Source: Minisyncoccota bacterium
Lineage (GTDB): Bacteria > Patescibacteriota > Minisyncoccia > Phycocordibacterales > VMEP01
DNA length: 55,662 bases
Direction of reading: 5' to 3'
NCBI GenBank assembly: GCA_041659085.1
Contig: JBAZYZ010000002.1
Span: 1-55,662, forward strand
Of this stretch, positions 34,006 through 41,592 are shown one piece after another. Below the pieces are notes generated by a model that saw nothing but the letters and a program-made list of their open reading frames with translations, was not told the origin of the DNA and did not search any database. Position 1 is the first letter of the stretch. Every line of letters starts with the position of its first letter. The translations under genes and the position numbers were made by a program.

Positions 34006-36417
34006 TTACTTGGTGAAGGCAACATAAAAAAGCGAAAGGTTGCCTAGCGGGTACCCTAATGTTTCGCTGTATTTTGTCGCGATATAATTTAATAGATTTA
34101 TATCTTCCTTTTGCTTGCCTATTGAGTGATTCATAAACACGGCCGTAGCATGGACCTTGTCGCCCATCACGTTTGCCTGAAAGTATGCCAGATAGTCTCC
34201 CTGCGGGTCCATTTTGCCCGCTTTGTACTCGGTTAGAATCGGGTTGTTATGCATTACGCCTTTTTCTTTGAGGTAGGAAACCGCTTTTTCAATCGTGTTT
34301 ACACCTTCCATATTCTCCAGCCGGCCGAGAATTGGGTTATTCGGGCGGGAAGTTATTTTTTGGAGCGGAAGGAAGCAATAGGCAACACCAGTTTCGTTTG
34401 CTTTAGGAACCTTGGCGTTTTCCGCTAACTGATGCGGTCCGCTCTTTGAATCAATTTCATCCGCCGGTTTGGATGGCTCACCCATTAATTTTTTAGTCCG
34501 CTGCTCTTCGGTCAAAAGAAGTATGTTTGCCCGGCTTGAAAGCATATACATGTCCCCCGGTTTCGCGTGAAGCTCGTCCCTCACCGTAGAAACATAAGCG
34601 TCATATAGGCCGAAGACATTTTCCGGATAAGCGTTCACTGTATTGTGGGCGCGGGCGATGTGGAATGAATGCAGGCGCCCGTCCTCTAGGAAAAAGATGT
34701 CGTGAGTTAGGCACGGGTCGTGCGTGTATTTTGTTTTGCCGGTATCGGGGTCAACATAACTTTTCATATCTTCCACCGGGTCAAAACGCTGTATGATTGC
34801 CGCGCGGTTCGGATTTTCGCGGAGGACAAGCGCGGTTTTCGGCAGCTGGTCAAAGCCGAAGAAAACACGCGTCCGTTCGCCGTAGCTATAATCTCCGTCG
34901 TGGTCAAAGCGGAGCAGTTGGGCTTTGTAGGCGCTCCGTATCTCTTCCGTGCTCCGTTCTCCCTGCTTATACAAGGCTGGGAGGGAAGACAGGGACTTCT
35001 CCGTGTTGCGGTAGATTGCGAGCATTACGGCGGAGCGGGCCAATCCTTTTTGCTTGTCTCCATGCTCTTCGGTCAATCCCTGGGTGTATATTTTCATAAG
35101 GACTTGTTTGTGGACGTCTAAGAAATTATCTCCGTCGGCTATAAGCAAGGGCAGATTTTCCGTATTGATTTTGAAAATGTTCGCGAAATCCTGGATGAAC
35201 GCATAATCAAGCGAGGCGGCGATGGCGGCCCGCCCGATTTGCCCGCCGATGTCCAGCCTGTGCAGGATATCCATCTCGTAGTTTTCAAAGCGGTTTTTCT
35301 CAGCTATCCATTCAAAGAGTCCGCCGATTTTCGGGGAGCGGAGTTCAAAGACCTGTTCGCAGACATCAAAGGCCAGGCACATTACCGCCACCTGACCCGC
35401 TTTAACATTTATTTTGTAGTAATATTTCTTGTCGGTGATAAGGGAAATTTTTGATTCAAGCATTATTTCTTTTTCCCCGGCAATATTTCCGGATTTTACG
35501 AAAGAAGGGAATTTAATTTCGTTTTTTATTTCTGAACTTACCCGGGCAAGCTCGGCTCCGAGATATAGCTGGTCCAGTTGGCTGATTTCTTTTTTGCGTT
35601 CGCCCAGGAATTTCATCAGAGAATATTCCAAGAGGAAATCATCCGTGCTTTTTATGAAAAATGTTTCTTCTCCCAACTTGATATCAAGGCGCAATACTCC
35701 TTTTTCATTTTGTACCCGGAAAGTAACTTCGGGGATTATCTCTTTTGCCGGGATGGCTACTTTTGGCGGCTGGAGGTGCTGGAATTCTTTCGGGTCAAGC
35801 TCAACAACGCCGCGTTTTGCGGGTTCAGAGGCTCCAAGCAGCGAGACGAGTTTGTTAAGCGAGTCGTAATATATCTTTCCTTTTTCGTTCACTTCTTTTA
35901 AGAATTCATATACTTCGTCCGGCAGTCTGGGGCGCGCCCATAGAAGATAGTCCATAATGATTTTCTTGCCGTAATCATTTCTGTACATGAACATCGGCAG
36001 AACGGTTATATTTTCTCGGAAAGAATCTACGATTTCGCCGGAAAGGTTCGGATAATGCGACGAGGCGGCTCTGCCGTTTACTATGGGGTGGTCACGGTCT
36101 TCTGTGTTTACTCCATACTGGAGCGCCAGAAGCAGGTTTGTGCTCGGAGAGAATGTCAGCGATTCCTCGGAGAAGAGTATGAGATATGCGAGTGTCGGGT
36201 GAGAGAGCGAATTGAGTATCATTCTCTCGGCCCCGTCCCGGCTCACAATGAGCGAGCCTAAGACTGAGACGAAGCGGCGCTCTTTGCCTTCAAGCTCGTT
36301 TAAGACTTGGCCGGGGGCGGTGGTGTTGGTGCATATGCCTATAAAACCATCCTTGCCTTCGGGGGGGGTGAGAAGTATCGCGTCCACTATGGGGAATTGG
36401 GGGGTTTTTGCGGTCAT
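34006..36417 (-). CDS. Multidomain protein with a thymidylate-synthase/dCMP-hydroxymethylase-fold catalytic core (803 aa)
   Basis: ATG at 36415-36417 (MTAKTPQFPIV...) lies 16 nt after the upstream stop; the track ORF start at 36498 overlaps the upstream gene. ThyA-like motifs are YSYGERTR, NPNRAAIIQRFDP, DPCLTHDIFFLEDGRLHSFHIARAHN, YPEN and GDMYMLSS. Confidence 0.7.
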   Translation of the reverse strand: MTAKTPQFPIVDAILLTPPEGKDGFIGICTNTTAPGQVLNELEGKERRFVSVLGSLIVSRDGAERMILNSLSHPTLAYLILFSEESLTFSPSTNLLLALQYGVNTEDRDHPIVNGRAASSHYPNLSGEIVDSFRENITVLPMFMYRNDYGKKIIMDYLLWARPRLPDEVYEFLKEVNEKGKIYYDSLNKLVSLLGASEPAKRGVVELDPKEFQHLQPPKVAIPAKEIIPEVTFRVQNEKGVLRLDIKLGEETFFIKSTDDFLLEYSLMKFLGERKKEISQLDQLYLGAELARVSSEIKNEIKFPSFVKSGNIAGEKEIMLESKISLITDKKYYYKINVKAGQVAVMCLAFDVCEQVFELRSPKIGGLFEWIAEKNRFENYEMDILHRLDIGGQIGRAAIAASLDYAFIQDFANIFKINTENLPLLIADGDNFLDVHKQVLMKIYTQGLTEEHGDKQKGLARSAVMLAIYRNTEKSLSSLPALYKQGERSTEEIRSAYKAQLLRFDHDGDYSYGERTRVFFGFDQLPKTALVLRENPNRAAIIQRFDPVEDMKSYVDPDTGKTKYTHDPCLTHDIFFLEDGRLHSFHIARAHNTVNAYPENVFGLYDAYVSTVRDELHAKPGDMYMLSSRANILLLTEEQRTKKLMGEPSKPADEIDSKSGPHQLAENAKVPKANETGVAYCFLPLQKITSRPNNPILGRLENMEGVNTIEKAVSYLKEKGVMHNNPILTEYKAGKMDPQGDYLAYFQANVMGDKVHATAVFMNHSIGKQKEDINLLNYIATKYSETLGYPLGNLSLFYVAFTK
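34504..35136 (-). other. ThyA-fold domain within the 803-aa protein (catalytic Cys codon at 34711-34713)
   Basis: Motif-by-motif correspondence to E. coli ThyA, detailed in the findings. The Cys codon was verified on the sequence (gca on plus = TGC on minus, in the context D-P-C-L-T-H). Confidence 0.6.
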
Positions 36418-36433
36418 ATTTTTGACATGAGTT

Positions 36434-37318
36434 CTACCATTTTTTACTGGACCATTGGTTAGGCAGCAGTTCATCCAAAGTATATTGTTTGAATTCATCG
36501 GTATCTTTGGCGAAACAGTACAGATTTATGCTCAAATCGTATTTGGAACTTATTTCAGCCAAAAACTGTCGGCAACATCCGCATATTTCACAGGGTGTGT
36601 CGGTAAATTTAGTGGACACCAAACCGAGCGCGACAATTTTTGTCTTTCCGTCCATAAGGGCGAGAATTGGCGCTGCCATTTCGCTGTGTATGCCGCCACG
36701 TTTTTCAAAACTGGAATATTGTCCAGAATAATATATTACGCTGTCTTCCGTAAGCACTGCCGTACTGTAAGCACTGGCGTTGTTGTAGGTATGGAAGCAT
36801 TTGCCCAGACCCTCCACGGCGTATTTTTTTAGCTGGTCCGGTACCGGAATACTGGTTTGAAATGGCGCCTTAGATTCCGATGGGACGGCCCCCTTCACTT
36901 TCTCCAAGATATTTTGATGTGGCTTATAAAAAGGAATTATTTCGGTTACTTTTGGCACCGAAAATATTTCCTTCCCGTCAATATTTACGACCCGATATTT
37001 TATTTCTCCACCCGTGCGGACGCAAAAATCAATCATGGTTTTTACCGTAAACGGATTTACTATGAATCCTTCATCTTTTTCAACCAATGTTACGACTTCT
37101 TCCACCAGGTAGTCGCTGTGGGCTACCGCCAAAAGAAGGGCGGACTGTTCCGAAGAAATATTTAGTAGGTTAGTGTCGGAGTCAATGTTTGCTCCGCGGT
37201 ATTTTCGGCCGCTTTTTGAATAAGCTACAGTGGATGTCCTGCTGCCTACCCCAACCACTGTCTTTTTAGCAACGGCTAGCGCAAGCCCGTCTTTTAAATA
37301 AGATAGTTCATCAACCAT
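36434..37318 (-). CDS. Tandem cytidine/deoxycytidylate-deaminase-fold protein (degenerate N-terminal domain, catalytic C-terminal domain)
   Basis: 294 aa. The C-terminal domain has HSE (H211, E213) and PCEIC (C243, C246) zinc and catalytic motifs, followed by GCCRQF. The N-terminal domain keeps only SSEQSA and has no PCxxC. Confidence 0.75.
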   Translation of the reverse strand: MVDELSYLKDGLALAVAKKTVVGVGSRTSTVAYSKSGRKYRGANIDSDTNLLNISSEQSALLLAVAHSDYLVEEVVTLVEKDEGFIVNPFTVKTMIDFCVRTGGEIKYRVVNIDGKEIFSVPKVTEIIPFYKPHQNILEKVKGAVPSESKAPFQTSIPVPDQLKKYAVEGLGKCFHTYNNASAYSTAVLTEDSVIYYSGQYSSFEKRGGIHSEMAAPILALMDGKTKIVALGLVSTKFTDTPCEICGCCRQFLAEISSKYDLSINLYCFAKDTDEFKQYTLDELLPNQWSSKKW

Positions 37319-37319
37319 A

Positions 37320-38213
37320 TTATAGATTGCTTCTTAGTTTGCTGACGCTCAGCTGAGCCACTTCCCAATCATAATGAAGGGTTTTTTTGATGAAGTCATT
37401 CAAGAGGTGGATCTTGTCTCTTTCAAGACGGGGATACATCTTCTCCGATTTCTTGCTGGTTAATCTGATAGTGGGAACGAAAGATACGGGGAAAGCGTAA
37501 TACGGCAGAAGCGGATGCCTTTCCGATTCGGGCTCTACCAGTATGGCGGTGATGGGTTTACCTAGTTTTTCTATGGCGTAATCAATGCGGTGCGCTCCGT
37601 CGCAGACGATGTAGAAGTCTTGCTTGCCGGTGTATCTTAGCCCGTAGTTTATAATCGGCGCGTTTGAATTGAAGACATCCAGATAATCAAGTTTGCTGAC
37701 TTCGTCAATGTAGAATGAATTCAGGAATCTTTTTGAAAGATTGTGCAGGTTATTGCGCGCGTCGGCTGTATACGTATCCGCGAATCGCTTGCTTATTTTA
37801 TCAAGGTCAAGATACCCCGCCCTCAGTTCATAGGTATGTTTCTCAATAATAGGCGGCAATATGTGGAAATCACCGCGCCCCTCCCAATTATATTGCAACC
37901 CGTTTTTCAAATCGTTTATCCGCATTTTGTGCGCGCGGAGAAACTTATCCACGGTATCAAAAACTTCCAGCTGATTTTCATATATTGTCGGTTGGGGGGT
38001 AAAGAGGTTGTGTCTTTTGTCGTCAACGGCTATTTTGGGCGATTGCCCTATTTTCTGGGGTGGATGTATTGTGACTAATTTGAATTTCGCTTTTGCGTAT
38101 GGTTTTAGCGCCGTGCCCTTCTTGTCAAAGAGCCCACGGAAGGCTACTTTCCGCATCATGGACGTAAGTTGGTCAAAGGGAATGACTCCTTTCAAGACTA
38201 GCTTTTCTTTCAT
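37320..38213 (-). CDS. ParB/sulfiredoxin-fold domain protein
   Basis: 297 aa. FYIVCDGAHRIDYAIEKLG carries DGxHR, with codons 37587-37601 verified on the sequence. Its stop is 1 nt from the next gene's start. Confidence 0.6.
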   Translation of the reverse strand: MKEKLVLKGVIPFDQLTSMMRKVAFRGLFDKKGTALKPYAKAKFKLVTIHPPQKIGQSPKIAVDDKRHNLFTPQPTIYENQLEVFDTVDKFLRAHKMRINDLKNGLQYNWEGRGDFHILPPIIEKHTYELRAGYLDLDKISKRFADTYTADARNNLHNLSKRFLNSFYIDEVSKLDYLDVFNSNAPIINYGLRYTGKQDFYIVCDGAHRIDYAIEKLGKPITAILVEPESERHPLLPYYAFPVSFVPTIRLTSKKSEKMYPRLERDKIHLLNDFIKKTLHYDWEVAQLSVSKLRSNL

Positions 38214-38292
38214 TGTCTAAATATATAGGGAAGTCGACCGTGTTGCAAACCCGCCAATATGCCATGAAATCCCATTTTCCCGCCCAATCTGC

Positions 38293-38298
38293 TACAAT
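38293..38298 (+). promoter_or_regulatory. -10 box (TACAAT) 7 nt upstream of the dut ATG, in the divergent intergenic region
   Basis: ctgcTACAATgtttttATG. Confidence 0.45.
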
Positions 38299-38305
38299 GT
38301 TTTTT

Positions 38306-38734
38306 ATGAAAATAACCTTAAGAGTTAAGCGTCTTTCGGAGGAGACAAAGTTGCCTGCGTATGCGTATCCGGGGGACGCGGCATTTGACTTATTGGCCGT
38401 GGAAGAGGCGGGACTTGCGCCCGGAGAAAGGAAAGATATTCCCACCGGACTCTCTATTGAGATTCCTGAAGGTTACGCCGGGCTTATCTGGGACAAAAGC
38501 GGAATAGCAATCAAGAATGGCGTTAAAGTGCTGGGCGGCGTTATAGATGCCGGTTACCGCGGCGAGGTCAGAGTAGGGGTTGTAAACTTGAGCGAAGAGC
38601 CTTATGTGTTTGAAAAAGGACATAAAGTCGCGCAGATGATCATTCAGAAGATTGAGCAGGCGGACATTGTTGAGGTGGAAGAATTGAGCGAGACCGACAG
38701 GGGGGGCAGGGGTTTTGGCAGTTCCGGAAAATAA
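38306..38734 (+). CDS. dut: dUTP diphosphatase (trimeric dUTPase)
   Basis: ATG at 38306 gives MKITLRVKRLSEETKLPAYAYPGDAAFDL.... Also GVIDAGYRGEV and RGGRGFGSSG motif V. Confidence 0.92.
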   Translation: MKITLRVKRLSEETKLPAYAYPGDAAFDLLAVEEAGLAPGERKDIPTGLSIEIPEGYAGLIWDKSGIAIKNGVKVLGGVIDAGYRGEVRVGVVNLSEEPYVFEKGHKVAQMIIQKIEQADIVEVEELSETDRGGRGFGSSGK

Positions 38735-38744
38735 TTTGAAACAA

Positions 38745-39932
38745 ATGAAAGACGGGCAAGTCAAAAGGCTTATTAAGGAAGAGGAGGGCAGACAGAAGTC
38801 CGTTGTGAATTTGATTGCCTCGGAAAACTACGTATCCCGGGATGTATTAGAGGCACTGGGTTCGGTTTTAACAAACAAATACTCCGAAGGGTATCCGGGC
38901 AAGAGATATTATGGCGGGAACACTGTCGTTGACAGGGTTGAGAGATTGGCGGGCGAAAGGGCTCTGAAACTTTTTGGCCTGGCTCATGGTAAATGGCATG
39001 TGAATGTTCAGCCGCTTTCCGGTTCGCCGGCTAATCTGGCTGTTTATGTCGCGCTTGTCCCACCAGGCGGGAAAATTATGGGAATGACTTTGTCCGAAGG
39101 GGGACACTTGACTCACGGGCACAAAGTTTCGGTTACCGGAAAATTTTGGAAACAAGTGCCGTTTGGCGTTGACCCAAAAACGGAAACTATAAATTATAGC
39201 GAGATTAAAAAGATTGCGCTCAAGGAAAAGCCGAGTATCATTGTCGCCGGATTTACGGCTTACCCGCGCGTGATTGATTTCAAAAAATTTCGCGATATCG
39301 CCCGGGCCGCAGGCGCGCTTCTGATGGTGGACATGTCGCACTTTGCCGGGCTTGTAGCCGGAGGCGCTTACCCGTCGCCATTTCTTTACGCTGATATTGT
39401 TACGACAACGATGCACAAGACGCTTCGCGGGCCAAGGGGCGCGATGATTTTTGTCCGCCGGCAAAAGACGAAAGAAGGCAAAGAAATGAGCGAGCTCATA
39501 GACAGGGCGGTATTTCCCGGACTCCAGGGTGGCCCCCATGACAATCAGACTGCGGCAATAGCGGTGGCGCTTAAAGAAGCCGGCACCCCATCTTTCAAAA
39601 TATATGCCAAGCAGGTGGTAAAAAACGCGAGAGCGCTCTCGGATGAACTGAAAAATCTCGGCTGGAAAATAATTTCCGGCGGGACGGACAGCCATTTGAT
39701 TTTGATGGACGTCTGGATGGGTGGAAGAGGTTTAAGCGGAAGTGAAGCCAGCAACAGACTGGAGAAGGCGGGCATCATCGTCAATAAAAATACAATCCCC
39801 GGGGAAACCCGCTCGGCTTTTGACCCCTCCGGCATACGGCTCGGCACTCCGGCCGAGACGACACTGGGCAAAAAGGAGAAAGACATGATAAAAATCGCCC
39901 GAAAAATTGATTCGGTTTTGAGGGGGAAATAG
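38745..39932 (+). CDS. glyA: Serine hydroxymethyltransferase
   Basis: ATG at 38745 (a TTG at 38715 would overlap dut). LIASENY, VQPLSGSPAN, TTTMHKTLRGPRG with the PLP lysine. Confidence 0.93.
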   Translation: MKDGQVKRLIKEEEGRQKSVVNLIASENYVSRDVLEALGSVLTNKYSEGYPGKRYYGGNTVVDRVERLAGERALKLFGLAHGKWHVNVQPLSGSPANLAVYVALVPPGGKIMGMTLSEGGHLTHGHKVSVTGKFWKQVPFGVDPKTETINYSEIKKIALKEKPSIIVAGFTAYPRVIDFKKFRDIARAAGALLMVDMSHFAGLVAGGAYPSPFLYADIVTTTMHKTLRGPRGAMIFVRRQKTKEGKEMSELIDRAVFPGLQGGPHDNQTAAIAVALKEAGTPSFKIYAKQVVKNARALSDELKNLGWKIISGGTDSHLILMDVWMGGRGLSGSEASNRLEKAGIIVNKNTIPGETRSAFDPSGIRLGTPAETTLGKKEKDMIKIARKIDSVLRGK

Positions 39933-39957
39933 CACCCATTTATGTTAAAATCTAAAT

Positions 39958-41574
39958 ATGATAAGTGATTTTTTACGTGGAGAAATAGAAACTGTACTCA
40001 AGGGCCTTTCTCCTGCCCCCGAAACAAAGAAGTTGAAAGGCTTGAATATAAAATTGGGTGAAAGTTTTGGGGATTACACTACAAATGCCGCTATAATTCT
40101 TTCTACAGACATGATTGTTTACTCAAGTGTCGTTAAAAATCCAAGAGAGGTAGCGGAGCAAATAATCGCTGAGCTTTCAAAAAACGAAAAAATATGGAAA
40201 TTATTTTCCAAACCAAAAATGGAAATTGCTGGTCCGGGATTTATAAACTTTTATTTGTCGGATGAAGCGCTGGTAGATGAGTTGAAAGTTGTAAGGGAAA
40301 GAGTAGGAAGTGGCTTTGATTTCTTGCGCGCCCAAAAAATAAATCTGGAGTTTATTTCCGCGAATCCGACAGGCGAACTTCACATCGGCCACGGCCGCGG
40401 GGCTTTTTACGGCGACGCTCTTTCCAATATTTTTTCTTTTTCCGGGGCCAAAATTACGCGAGAGTATTATATAAATGATTCAAAAGACAGCAATCAGATA
40501 GTAGAGCTCGGCAAAACGGCGCTTGGCTTGGGTGAGCAGTATAAAACTTTCAAACTGCTTGAAATAATTAAGGAAATGGATTTTAGCGGCATGGAGCCGA
40601 AAGAGGCGGGGGCTTTGCTTGCGAGTAAGGTTCAGGAATATAATCGGAATTTTATTGAAGGCAAGCTCGGCGTCAAGTTTGATGAATGGTTTTCCGAAAA
40701 TTCTCTTTATGAAAGCGGGAGGGTGGAGAAGACCGTTAAGATTTTGACTGACAAAAAACTGCTTCATAAAAAAGAGGGCGAGGGCGAAGCCCTGTGGCTT
40801 CCGACGAGCGAATATGGGGATGACGAAGACAGGGTCGTGGTGCGTTCCGACGGCACTTATACTTATTTCCTCTCCGACATTGCGTACCACGGTGACAAAT
40901 TCAGTCGCGGATACGACAAGGTGATAGACATTTGGGGTGCCGACCATCACGGGCACGTGAAGCGTATACAAGCGGCCAAGGAAATACTCGGCTGGAAGGG
41001 AGAACTTAAGGTATTTATAACCCAGTTGGTGTCGCTCAAAGAGAATGGAGTTTCAGCCAAGATGTCCAAGCGGGCGGGCAATGTGGTTCTGCTTGAAGAT
41101 TTGGTGGATGAATTCGGGATTGACGTGGTGCGTTGGTTTTTCTCGGATAAGTCGCTTAGCACTCATATGGACTTTGATATGGTTCTCGCCAAAGAACATT
41201 CGGCCAAGAACCCGGTCTTTTACGTGCAGTATGCTCACGCGCGTATTTGTTCAATCCTGGAAAAGGCGAAAGGTGTAACACCGGACGGAAGCGGGCTCCC
41301 GGATATTATGAAAGAACCGGCTGCCCGGGCGCTTGCGGTAAAAATATCCGAATTCCCGGAAATTGTTTTCTCCATAGCGAATGATTACCAGGTCCATAAA
41401 CTTACCACTTATGCTTATGAACTGGCTTCGTCATTCGCGCAGTTTTATGAGAAGGTGCGTATTGTGGAAGACGGTGGATATAACCAAGGGGCGCTTCTGC
41501 TCGCGGAAATTGCCAGAAATACGCTTGCGAAATCTCTGGAATTACTGGGAATCTCCGCTCCGGAGAGTATGTAG
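39958..41574 (+). CDS. argS: Arginine--tRNA ligase
   Basis: 538 aa. SANPTGELHIGHGR (HIGH), MSKRAGN (KMSK-like), C-terminal DALR anticodon-binding domain. Confidence 0.93.
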   Translation: MISDFLRGEIETVLKGLSPAPETKKLKGLNIKLGESFGDYTTNAAIILSTDMIVYSSVVKNPREVAEQIIAELSKNEKIWKLFSKPKMEIAGPGFINFYLSDEALVDELKVVRERVGSGFDFLRAQKINLEFISANPTGELHIGHGRGAFYGDALSNIFSFSGAKITREYYINDSKDSNQIVELGKTALGLGEQYKTFKLLEIIKEMDFSGMEPKEAGALLASKVQEYNRNFIEGKLGVKFDEWFSENSLYESGRVEKTVKILTDKKLLHKKEGEGEALWLPTSEYGDDEDRVVVRSDGTYTYFLSDIAYHGDKFSRGYDKVIDIWGADHHGHVKRIQAAKEILGWKGELKVFITQLVSLKENGVSAKMSKRAGNVVLLEDLVDEFGIDVVRWFFSDKSLSTHMDFDMVLAKEHSAKNPVFYVQYAHARICSILEKAKGVTPDGSGLPDIMKEPAARALAVKISEFPEIVFSIANDYQVHKLTTYAYELASSFAQFYEKVRIVEDGGYNQGALLLAEIARNTLAKSLELLGISAPESM

Positions 41575-41592
41575 CTATGTTAGTATAAAAAA

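Noticed and set aside
33334-38734. The pyrimidine operon read as part of a prophage DNA-hypermodification module.
   Set aside because: No integrase, terminase, capsid or tail genes, and no att-like repeats, flank it within the window. Its neighbours are housekeeping genes (rplK cluster, glyA, argS, ileS). A phage origin cannot be excluded, but nothing visible supports it.
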